A stretch of 55,024 bases of DNA, the filler included, from Sphacelaria rigidula (Eukaryota): the NCBI GenBank assembly GCA_964200075.2. It is 4 parts of 4 records of this genome, joined end to end, with 100 filler letters (N's around TTAATTAATTAA, not from the genome) between each part and the next. Parts side by side here need not be neighbours in the genome. Positions count along the whole stretch, not along the records: positions 27,567 to 41,245 come from CAXNAA020002726.1; positions 41,346 to 55,024 come from CAXNAA020002727.1; 2 more parts are not named here. One strand, 5' to 3'. Positions 37,547 to 48,979 of this stretch are shown here, piece by piece; position 1 is the stretch's first letter; each line of letters opens with the position of its first letter. A program made the position numbers and the translations under genes. Below the pieces are notes generated by a model that was not told the DNA's origin, did not search any database, and saw only the letters and a program-made list of their open reading frames with translations.

Positions 37547-38110
37547 CTGCAGAAGGTTAAAGTGCAGTTGGCTGTGGCCGGGAGCCCGAGGGGGCGAGTT
37601 ACGTTGGTCCAAGACATGACATTGCTCACAGTTGCCTTCAGGACGGCAGGCCGCGGAGGAGATGTGTCGCACATGATGGCAGGCAATATATTTTGGCTGG
37701 AGGATACTAAGAAAGCAGTTTTGAATTCCTCTCCACATCAACGCTGAGAGAAGGATGCCGGTATTTTGACATCTTACACTAGACGGGGGTATGCTGGGCA
37801 CTTGTGCCGTGGCAACGCTGGAGCAGCGTTTTCAAGCCATGCGATCGTGTGGTTCTAGTGGAGGGCAAAGTTTTCTGTTTCCGGAGACACAAGTTGCGGG
37901 GATCCTCAGTCAGGATAGAGGGGGTAGCGCTATGTATGACGCCGAGAGCCATTACCGCACGGTTCCGGGGAGATGAGCAGCCAATGCGACTAGGGCATAA
38001 AAAGTTTGCAATGCATCTATTTCAAGTGGAAGGAGTATTGGCACGCACAATAGGCCGGCAGGATGTTACGAACGTCATCTCGGGAGTAGGATGGATATGG
38101 AGTTGGCTGA
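34550..38110 (+). mobile_element. Decayed DIRS-like tyrosine-recombinase retroelement (RT remnant, zinc-ribbon and YR remnants), interrupted by insertions
   Basis: YR fragments: QDMTLLTVAFRTAGRGGDVSHM (box I, about 37610-37680), CAVATLEQ...FLFP (about 37800-37885), FAMHLFQVEGVLA...ISGVGW (degenerate HSFR.G and GW boxes, about 38005-38100). Upstream: SSCMTPADVFTY (about 37430), CLGHDDGTSRFCQHCG zinc ribbon (about 36240-36290), RT-like LWRFLGHLIS (about 35600-35630). Boundaries are approximate. Confidence 0.6.
37508..37544. repeat. (CA)n microsatellite
   Basis: Directly visible; interrupts the YR remnant. Confidence 0.95.
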
Positions 38111-38899
38111 CACATACACATGATGAGTGCATACATGGGGTTTTTACATTTTACATGGAGAGTCTGACAGGAAGAGGGTCAACACAGGATTTGTTCTTGT
38201 TTCTTGTTTGTTTTTGGTACTCCACCTTCTGCGATGCTTGCTTACATCTTTAGTTCGCGAGGCAAGTTAAGCGCAGTCCCTTCCCCTCGTCGACCGTTAG
38301 GGCGGATTTTGTGTACCCACGACATGATACTGTGAATTGTTTTCGACAAAAATCATACATTTTTGTTGCGTTGCGAGGAAAAACGCATGAATTTATAGGG
38401 GAGGAATTTCATCTTTGAAATGATGGATGTACGGTGTTTTCGAATACGTTTCGCATTTTTGCATGAAATACAACGGACCACTTATTTCTGCGACTATTTC
38501 CTCCCGCACGCGTGCCCTGCCCCCGGTGCTGCGAGCCAATCTTCATGGCGAGGCAACTGCTTTCGAACCCAGGCGGATGTGCACACAAATGACGAAGCCC
38601 GGACCGCGACACCGCAAGAACCAAACCGAGACGGCGACCACGGCCTGGGCGACGACAACACAACCGCTTGGGGGACTTAGCAGGAGCCAGGGCAGGAACC
38701 AAACACGCTTTGGCATTTAGGTCTTTATTTTATTTTTTCTTAGGGTGTTTGGGTTTGATTCGGAATACTCTCGATTTGAAGTTTGCAGCAACGTGACATG
38801 ACAACCATGTGAAACGTACTGTGGTTCCAATTTTTTGTTTGTTTCAATTCTTGTTCCCACAAAATACTACCGTAGTTTGGTTATGACTTTTTTAACTCA

Positions 38900-41050
38900 A
38901 TCCTTCACATGATTGCAATGATTTTGAAATTATCGAGAAAGAAAATAATTGGAGGGGATTCGACTATCTGATACCATGATTCTCTTTTCGGGTAATATTA
39001 AAAGAAGGAAAAATCATGTTGTGATGGGGTGATCCACGGCGGATTATTTTGGACAATTTGATTCGTCGTTTATGGATTTCGAGAGGGAGTTTGATATTTG
39101 GCGATCCGCGCTAGAATATTTTCGACAAAGTGATTCGCCGGCTCTGGATTCTGGGTTGGACATTTTCAATTGCGGAAAGATCATGGCGTGGCTTCAACCT
39201 CGAGTATATTTCCGAGAGTGGAACGTTATTTAGTCTTGGGTATCACTAAAGAATTGACTATCCACCCGCCGTTCAACATGCGGGGCTGACTATGCACCAG
39301 GATACTCACGAGAATTGACTCTGGGGTCATCGATGTTATGTTTTCATGTACTACCTGGAAGCAATACTCCCTGCAAATCAATATGTAATAGTGAATCGGG
39401 GGGGGCGTTTTAATACGGAGCAATTTATGCCATGTTCTCTCCAGGGTATAGCGTTTATTCAAGGAGTAATATCCATCCTGATATATTTGGGGTGATAGTA
39501 CTGTTTATGCAGAATAACTCCTGATTTGACTTCTTTGCATACACTTGGACTTTGGTTTACAGGGATTGATTGTTTTGTGAACGAAAAGATATTCTAAGAA
39601 TGGGACGATGAGTGTGACGATTTTTGGAATTTATCGGGCCGGATGACGAGCGAAATTTGCATCAAAGATCAGCAATTCGAAATAAAGTGGACTGATCAAC
39701 CGCTAGTTTTGTTTACAATATTTTTAGTGATTGCAGAGTTTTTGTATGTTCCGAGTTTCTCCCTGATAGGATATAAGCAGTACAAGTCGTTGTGAAATGA
39801 AGGAGTGTACTGGTACATTAGTTTTCCCTGGATATTCTAGGCTCTATGAAGTGAACGAGGTTCAGAAAAGATGTTTTCCGTGTTCTGACATGACGGCATC
39901 CAAGCTTGCAAGTTTTCACTAATGTGGGTTATATCAACTATTCTAGGCAGTTGATAGATGGTCGACATCAGGGAGGCTAATGATGTTCTGAAAGTGACTC
40001 TGTCTTGTTTTTCTAGGATACAGAGTGATGCAAACAGAAGCAGGTTTTGTGTTTTTATGTTGGGACAGATGGGAAATCTATATATTTTTGTATTCGAACA
40101 TACCTCTAGTTTTAGCGATTTGAAATTGAATTGATTCGATTTGAATTTGAGCTTTGTTCTCGAACTCGAGGGGAAGTGGTACACACACCACTACTGCAAG
40201 TTTTCATGTTGCAGTGTGTATTTTGCATACTATTTCGAGGAATCATGTTATTGTTCAGTGGAATGATTTCACGGTCACTGGACATGTTGACTGTAGACAC
40301 TTGCCTGATGTAGACCGTGTTGTAGACAGTATATTGAATCGAATTTCACATAGACAACAGCATCTTGTTACCATGAGAATAGTACGTTTTCGACAGCTTC
40401 GAGTACTGGAATGTTGAGTGTGTTTCTCGAATGTCATCCTGGTAGCTGAGGAATATGAAAATAGTGTCCACTGCGCATTTATGTATGGTTTTTGGTTGTT
40501 CCAAGGAAGATTGATACACATGTATCTTTTTGTTTTGTGCTGACTGACGCAAATAATTGTTGAAATGGAGCATGAGTAGGATACAAAGAACTGATAATAT
40601 TCAGGATTTGAGCTTTCGATTGCTAAAGTAGACCAGTTTGCGACGTCTATACGTGGCTGAAAAGATTTTTTCCTGACAGGATCGGGTTTTTTTTTTCAGT
40701 TCTTGGTAGTATAATGTTGGATTCATGTTTGAAAGAACATGAAATATTTTTCCCGTTTTAGAATGAGGCACTACGTATTCAGGATCTATCAGTCCTAGAG
40801 CCGTAAGCAGGGAGGCTAATCGATAATACTTACGCTCCAGGATGGTAACTGTACATCTGCCTGGATACAAGGGAAATGGATATTAAGATTGGATCATAAC
40901 ATACAGGGGAGGTACGAATAAGAGACTAGTTTTGTTATTTGAGGTATACCCGATGTAGTGCTTGCAGTACATATCTACCGGGGGTACATGATTTCTCGCG
41001 TGGCGAAAAGATGGGATTATGATGTGTGATTTTGTATGAACGATTTCCCG
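38900..41050 (-). mobile_element. Degenerate Ty3/Gypsy LTR-retrotransposon pol remnant (reverse transcriptase)
   Basis: Minus-strand translations LFASLCILEKQDRVTFR...STIYQLPRIVDI (cf. SPFASP.VLVKK.DG..R...YPLPRIDD) in ORF 39837-40184, then SLVIRPDKFQ / VPFLEYL...INP (cf. L.INP.KC...VPFLG) at about 39560-39655. Many stops and frameshifts; AT-rich. Confidence 0.55.
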
Positions 41051-41245
41051 CCCCACTTCTTTCAGTGTATGTGTTCAGTGTGTGGTGTGAGAGCGGAGTG
41101 CATACATGGGGTTTTTACATTTTACGTGGAGAGTATAGTATACACTTTTCTACTGGGTAATTAATACATCAACGGAGGTCCCACGACCCCTTTCAAACAT
41201 GGACTATTGCACCGAGCACGCAATTCAGCCTTTAGGGCAAGCAGC

Positions 41246-41345
41246 NNNNNNNNNNNNNNNNNNNNNNNNNNNNNNNNNNNNNNNNNNNNTTAATTAATTA
41301 ANNNNNNNNNNNNNNNNNNNNNNNNNNNNNNNNNNNNNNNNNNNN
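41246..41345. other. Artificial 100-bp contig spacer
   Basis: N44-TTAATTAATTAA-N44. Confidence 0.97.
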
Positions 41346-43444
41346 GATAGGGCCCCACACGATCTTTGCAGTGACATCACATCCGACAACAATCCCCGCG
41401 CTGGTCGTTCGGGTCTGGTCGATGAATTTCGCCCCCCTGTGATTGGGGAGGTCGCTCGAAGACTTGTTATTTATTATTCCACCAACACAGGGTCAACCCT
41501 GTGTTAGTGGGGGTCCCGTCCCAAAAGGTTTAAGCCAGGACGGAGCACGCCGGGTTTTCGCCCGACCAGGCGGGGGAGGGGAGGGGGGGTACTGATGATA
41601 ATACCACTGACGTCGCATCCTTACAAAGCCCAGACGGAGCACGCCGGACCAGGCTTGCAATCCATCACCGAGCGTGAAGCGTCGTCGTGTGTTCGGGGAG
41701 TCGCATGAAGGGTGAACTGCATCCTGACAAGATTGTTCGGCCCGAAGCCTACTGATTATCCTGCATCTGGATGATTCGCCTTTTCTGTTACCGCCACTTC
41801 CAGAGATGGCGACGGCTTATACACTGCCTCATTGGTGTCTCACCATATTAGCACTACGTAATACGATCATCTCCATCGTGTGGAGTTGAGGTTGTCCCAC
41901 GCCGCACGACATGATATAGCTTGACTACCATCATGGTTACCGCAAAAAAAAACGCAAGCGCGCAAAAAAATTGGTGACCTGGTAGCCTAACTTCTGCAGT
42001 GAGTGGCGTATTTTATAGCGTCATTGCCAACGGACGCCAGCCCCATCGGGGGTCCGCTCCTATAAAGCCGGGACGGAGTACGCCGGGTTCTCGCCGGACC
42101 AGGAGGGGGAGGGTCAGTTTTGGGACATTCGACCCGCATTTCGGCTTCCAAACAGGTAGTGTCGCCATCACATGTGGTGGACACTTTGCTGCACCACCCT
42201 GAGAGGAGTCTGGCCCACTTTTCCGATTCGCTTGGTTCCTACCTTTCGAGAATGGCTCCTGAACAGAAAAACAGCGAGACATGGAAAATGTGAGCACGGT
42301 GTCGAAAAATCGAAATATCCCCACAGAGCCCTGTAGACACGATATTTTTTCATGTCCAGCTGGATTTTCGTTCGGAAGCCAGTGTCGAAACCTCGGAGCC
42401 AAGCGAATCGGAAAAGTGGGCTAGACTAGTTTCAGTGAGGGGTGTCAAGTGTCCAAGACATGTGATGGCGATACTCCTTGTTTAAGAGCGAAGAACTCTG
42501 CCAAATGCCCCAAAACTGAAAAATACGTCCCTCCCCACCGGAACCAAGCGTAAGAAATTATCTGAGTCTTCAAAAAATACTTTTTTCTCGTAGCACGAGA
42601 AACGGCTTGCGCGAGTTCCCCGAATACTTTTCGGGAAACCAATTTTACGGGGGTTGTTTGGCAGAAATGCTTTTCGAGATGGCGAATTCTCCCAGAAAGG
42701 TGATCGTTACCGGTATCTGACCTGACAATCCTGCCAGATGGTGAAAGATGGCCCGGTAAAGGCAGTTTTTTTAGTCGTCTTCTCCCCAGTGTTTTTTTCC
42801 CCGATAATATTGAGGCTTTCCGGGAAAGGACTGATGTAAAATTTTACGCTGCAGTCGCAAAAGCAATGTTCCGCACTGTCAATTGTACTGGGCTCACATC
42901 AGAAGTCATCATGGCAAGAGGGTGATCACTATCAGCACGGACAGCTGACTCCACAGGCATGCAAGTAAGGTGGCGAGAGCAGCACCCCGCAGGAGGAACG
43001 TCACGGCGCATATCGCGAGCGCTTGCAAGTGACCCCATGACATTGAACAAGAAGACAGGACGAAGTTCGTACCGTGTTCCTTGCACATGCGACCCCCGCC
43101 CTGTCTGTGCGCACCAATATAATCAAGTACTGACTGCTCGTTGTGTGTGCGGACTGCGGACCATACTTGGCAGCATTTACGCCTTGGGCAAGGACTGTGT
43201 CGGGGTCATTTGTCAAATTACCTTCATGGCGTCATGATTCCCCCGTGAATTGCATGCAGATGAGCGTGGGACCCCCCATCAAACGTCCCTTCGCCCCAGG
43301 TGGCGCACGCAGCACTGTGAATGTATGTGGAAAACAAGTGACTATTCGGCAAAGACGCCGACGTGTAGTTTTTGCATATATCAAGTTACGTGCTGACATC
43401 GTCAAATACTCCGCCGCAAGATCTCGGCGTAGTGGAATTGGTTG

Positions 43445-44520
43445 AAGGGTAAATCGAGTAGAGTATGTACTTTTGAGTACTCGAGTAAAATACTCAAGTA
43501 TTTACTCTACTTGACGTTTGAGTAGGTCGAGTACGGCCTCAAATACTTTACTCGAATATCGAGCATGACCTCAATACTCTACTCAAATTTTGAGTAGATC
43601 GAGTACGACTTCAAATACTCCTACTCAAATATTGAGCAAGCACTCAGTAATACTTGAGTATAGAGTACCCCTTGGGTACGGTTAGTACCCCTGACCGTCG
43701 GCGACTTCGTGACGTCACTTTACAGACTATGTTGAATGCGTCGGCGAGCAATGGCCATAAAAAAATGAATATAAACGTGCAGGTGAATGAACCTACTGTA
43801 CCTGCCCCAGCGCCCCTTCTCACCAGCCCCCACCCACTGCAGTTCTTCCTCGATAGCTCGCAACGCCTTCGATATTACTTTCAGTACAGATCACTACTCA
43901 TCATTATCGAGTAATCGAATAGACGAGTAGTCGAGTAGATGGTATCAAAATGAGCGACTCTACTGGCCACATGTGACTCCTCCATGGGAGAGTCAGCGGT
44001 GAAAACAGTGCAAGACGGGAAAACATCGCAACAGTCGCCAGAGGAAGGAAGACGTTGGAGTTTTAAGTTTTGGTACATCGGACCCGGCCTCCGATACTCT
44101 ACTCATGTTTTGAGTAGGTCGAGTCAGTAGAGTTCACCACTCGGTACTTGACAGATAGTTCTCGGAATTTTCCGGTTTGTCGACAGGAGCGTATTGGATT
44201 TTAGTGTGAAAACCGAAATCCGGATCCTTGAAGGGGGCTATGCTCCTGGCGTGCGCAGAACGCGTTCTAGGCTAAATCGGCGCCTGGGGCGCCCATTCGA
44301 GGTCTGGCAACGCACACTTCGCCTAAAAAAATGTTGCACACTCCTTGCCCGAGGGTTCTCGGTACGTCTTCGTTGGGGTCGGGGTTAGGGTTAGGGTTAG
44401 GGTTAGGGTTGTTCGAAATGCATCAGCACCTGCTCCGTCGAGTACGGCCTCAAATATCCTACTCGCATTTTGAGTACGAAGAGTACTGAGTATTGAGTAT
44501 ACTATACTCGACCTACCCTT
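43445..44520. mobile_element. Non-autonomous TIR DNA transposon with TACTCGA/TCGAGTA-rich subterminal repeats and a 9-bp target-site duplication
   Basis: Left end AAGGGTAAATCGAGTAGA and right end TATACTCGACCTACCCTT are inverted. GAATTGGTT flanks both sides (43435-43443 and 44521-44529; one extra G lies between the left copy and the TIR). Many internal TACTC/GAGTA repeats. Confidence 0.7.
44190..44418 (-). repeat. Copy of the telomeric-hexamer-bearing repeat, with (TTAGGG)4, nested in the TACTCGA TIR element
   Basis: GGGGTTAGGGTTAGGGTTAGGGTTAGGGTT at 44381-44410. The adjacent sequence is the reverse complement of 3790-3980. Confidence 0.75.
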
Positions 44521-47500
44521 GAATTGGTTTCACCACCGAAATACCAACGCACCGACCTGAAACACCATACTCTAAGTTGATATGTGGAAAAGGATACCAC
44601 ACTACCCATCCTCGGGGCTGCCAGACTATCAGCCCTACTCGAATGGAAGCTGTGGTACTGCCTGTAGGGAGACGTGTCCCCCTTGCAAGGTACGTCGACA
44701 AGGGTGCTTGTGCTTGCCAATTTGCACTGTGCGTGCTACAACAGCTCAACGTACACCTGTCAAGAGACTTGAAAAGCGGGAACGTCCAGCCCCAAACCCT
44801 CATGGATCCAACGGAGCCTAAACGATGATTCTTAGCTGTGTTTGATTCAGCCTTCATCCGTAACCAGACGAAGAATCATGATGCTGTCAGGGTTCGGTGC
44901 TGCCTGCGTTTGATACCGTACCCGCGATGCTGTCATCAGACAGAGTTCAACAAAATATAAATCGCCGCGTCTGTGGTGTCCACCGTTTCGATTCGCGACG
45001 CGCCCTCAGCTGCTTTCACTACTGAACTTTGACTGTGACACGGTGCTGACCGAACACACTGCTCAGGGTTTGGCTCCATCACACACGAGGTGCACCTGGT
45101 CTCGACGCCTAAGCTTCCAAAATATCTCCTCCATATCATCCAAGAGGAATAGCACTGTCCCAAATTGCTGGGAAGGTTCCGGCGCTAGATTTTCGGAAAA
45201 ATCTGCAGTCTTGAATTGATGTGTTGCCTCGCCTGATTGAAAAATCTGCCCCCACATTTTCGGACTTTTTTTTTTTCGCGGAAAAATTAGGGATTTCGGG
45301 GGAAATTAGACCGGTTGCTAATACCGATTAATATTACCCCTGGGACTGTAACGCCGCTCAACACGGCTCATGTACGACTTTCTGATGCTGCGTGGCAGAT
45401 GCGTGACAGTGGTCTTGCCCGGTTACGTAGCCTGCGAAAATCTCGTCGAAAACTAGGAATACTCCAAACCCCGGTCGGAAATGAGAAAGAAAAAGTGTCT
45501 TTCATAAAACCAGCCCGATCGATGAACTCTTGAAGAGAAGGATTCCGGTCACCTCGTGTTTTTCAATTCATGTTGCATGCACCAGCCCATGAGAGGCTGC
45601 TAGTGCAATGCTCTGGCCTGATTGATGGCGGATTTCGTTCCGTGAATGATACCCACGTCTCAGGTCGGGAGATGAGTTGCAGTGCCCTTTATTTGGCATT
45701 TTGTCTCCGCCGCACTGCGGTTCTCGACCTAATTTCTGATGTCCACAAGCTGGTTCAGCAGTAAATGTCGTGTGTGCATGTCACACCGTACTTACCAAGT
45801 TTTTTACCAAATCAGCCCCACTGGAGCATATATCGGTGTGAACTGCAGACCAACCTGGCAATGCAAGGCACCACCGCTGAAGGAATTTTTTTTTGAAAAA
45901 ACACGTTCACTGCATGATGTATGACCTCACCGACGGAACATAAATTAAGGAATCCGTGAGGATTAGAACTCGTGACCTCCAAAGCTGGAGTCTCCTGTTT
46001 CACTTGGATGGAAGGGGCGCAGCCGGGTCACACAAAAAGTGCCAAGCTGGGCCCAATTTCAGTTTTTTTTTACCGAATGTGCCCCAGGACCTCGTGCACG
46101 CAAGTACGCACAACAACACAAGGGATGCCCCGATGTATTTTTTTGATTTTTCACGCAGGTGTAGCATTTTTCCAGTTTTTACAGAAACTTTGAATCGCTT
46201 CAACTATTATTTTTTGCGGCATCCCGCATGATGTAGTGGGTATTGATGAAAATGTTGTTGAAATTACAGCGCCCAACTTTTAGAAATATTCATAGCCGGG
46301 CCCGGAAATATTCAAAAATCACCGTCAGCTGGCTCAGCTTGTAGGACAGGAACACTGGAACAATTCGAAGCGTGTGCGTACTCAATTTTGTCGCTATCTG
46401 TTGCATCCATACGTTGGAGAGGATACGGTGCAGCTCGGAACTAAGCAGAGCCTGGAAGGGTTTGATACGACCCACGATATTCTGTCTCTCGAATCTTGCG
46501 CGCGGTACGTGATGGGTCCGGACGGCTGCGGCACCTCACCGTGGTACGTCAGTTTTGTGCGGTATGCCAGATTTCTGCTGTACCCAAGGTTACAGCGGTA
46601 CCCTACTGTTAGTTTGGGTCCAAGCGCCCGGGTAATCTACATGCCTCATGAATTCATACGAGTCCAGTAAAGTGTCATGTAGACCACTCTTCTGCACTCA
46701 AGTACGTGAAGGTATGAAGGGTTCAAGTAGAGTTTTTGGAGGCCCGAGATTGCAAATTCTGCTTTCATGTCTAGGGCCCGAGCTACAAATCCCGCCCTTT
46801 TCTTCCCTGCACGAGTATATGCATAAACTGAGGTCCGCAGGGCGCAGTACATGTTAATCGTGAACCCATATTGTACATCGATTGATGGTTCAGTACCCTA
46901 CTACGATATGCTGCACACCTTTGTAATCTACATCCAACGATCACAAAGAGCCAGTGAGAGGGTAGAACGATATCGGTATACGTATACGACGTACGAGTAC
47001 GAGTCATTTTTTTGTTCGTGGAGGCATGATTCCTTCCAGTAGACCCAGAGTTTTGGTCGATTTTACAATGACGCGCACTTTGCCTGCGGGAACCTGTGCA
47101 CCCCCTGCCCGAGAGTCTGGTACGCCTTAGGTCGGGGTTAGCGTTAGAATCACCGTTATTGTTGGTTTGTTCGAAAAAGCAACCATGAATATACCACCAG
47201 AACTCTAGGTCGCCTCCTTCATTCCGGCTCCATACGAGTCTGTACTTGATATAATGTAAAAATGGAGATTCGGATCTTTGCACAGGCTCTCCTCTCTTTT
47301 CTTCCTTTTTCCACCTGAACCCCATGGAGATGCACGGGGCATTCATGTCTCATGGCGCGGCAGGCCGTGCCGCAGGTTCCGCAGAGCGCATTTGCTCAAA
47401 TTGCCGCCGACTTGAGCCAAAACAGGATATAATACTCTTCGTCTTTGCACACTTCTGAAGAAATTGGCAGTGAGCAAAGTCAGGCCAGGTTCATGTGGAT

Positions 47501-48211
47501 TCCAGTGTATGAAGAAGTCTCTGTCCCTCGATCGTACCCAGCCCCCTTTTATTTCCTGCGCTCTGTAGTATGTCACCTATGCTTTGAGCTCATGTGCAAC
47601 CATTTGAACCGCGGTTTGAAATCTTTCGTGCAGGTGAACTCAGTCTTTCACACAGGTGCGGCATAACTTTCAATTTTTCAAATTCTGATGTTTTGGGAAA
47701 TCAAGTACACACAGGGCCGGCTGACTGGGTGCGGGGAACTGTGGAAGACGATGGTGAAAACAATCTTCCAATCCCTCAAGATGCGATCTTATACGTGGTC
47801 AAGTGTTCTTTATAGGAACGCACATCATTATATTATTATTATTATATCCACCAGATTAGCTCGAACTCTCGAACCCGTGGTCACAGAGTGCAAGGAGCAT
47901 ACCACCAATATACCCACAACCCAAACAGCCCGCAAAAGAAGGCGAGAAACAAACATTTACACGAAACAATATTTCGCAAAAAATCATACCCTGGACAAGA
48001 AAATACACAGTAAAAAGAAGTATTGCATGCAGTATCGACCATTGAACCTATTCTAACAGACAATAGATCTTATATTGTACGCAGTACATTTTTTCACAAA
48101 ATAATATACAGTCCAGGGTGTGCAAAAAAAAACGTGAAACTTGATGGCTTGTCCTCGGTACCGAATCCCTTATCTAGTGGTGTGAATTACTGTTCATCTT
48201 ATATTATATTC

Positions 48212-48979
48212 TGGATGTCTTCGATTTTGAAAATTGAAATTACGAACATCAGAATCCCACCTGTGATCGTGGCCCATGCACTTGGTCCCGTAGGGTGCAG
48301 GGCCATCGTTACGCGTTTGCTTTGGGTCGTGAGAGCTTCCCCAAGCCTGCTGTGACAACACATAGTTGGAAAACGAGACAGACACGGTCACGGTTTCGGT
48401 GAGGTAGGGGCGGACGATAAGTCTAGAAGTGATGCGCGGGCACTGCGTGCTGATATACCCTCTGTAGTCTTCGGCTGGCCCACGATCCTTGAACCGAGAA
48501 AGGCTCGTTTCTTCCTCCAAGCCCAAAGTACACAGAGGCTGTCCATTTGAACCACATACACTATATGAGTATAAAGCGCTTGTTTCATGATGTCCCGGAT
48601 ATTTTCGATTTTGAAAATTGAAATTACGAACTTCAGAATCCCACCTGTGATCGCTACCCATGCCCTTCGTCCCGTACGGTGCAGGGGCTTCATTACGCGG
48701 TTGCTTTGGGTCATGAGAGTTTCCGCCATCCTGCTGTGACAATGCGTAGCAGAAAAACGAAACAGACACGGCAACGGTTTCGGTAAGGCAGGGGCGGACA
48801 GGTAGTCTAGAAGTGTTGCGCGGGCACTGTGTCCTGATGTACCCTCCGACCTCCCCGGCTGATCCACGATCCTTGAACCAAGGAAGGCTAGTTCTTTCCT
48901 CCAAGCCCAAAATACACGGAGAGGAATTCTAACGTGCTGTCCATTTCAACCACATACACTCTGAGTATAAAGCGCTTGT
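48212..48979. repeat. 384-bp-period tandem duplication (2 diverged copies)
   Basis: CGATTTTGAAAATTGAAATTACGAAC at 48222 and 48606. Both units end in GAGTATAAAGCGCTTGT. Confidence 0.9.

Noticed and set aside
44530..47820. Possible gene or viral ATPase fragments in fragment 4
   Set aside because: I could not identify a consistent exon chain or a convincing motif set by eye.
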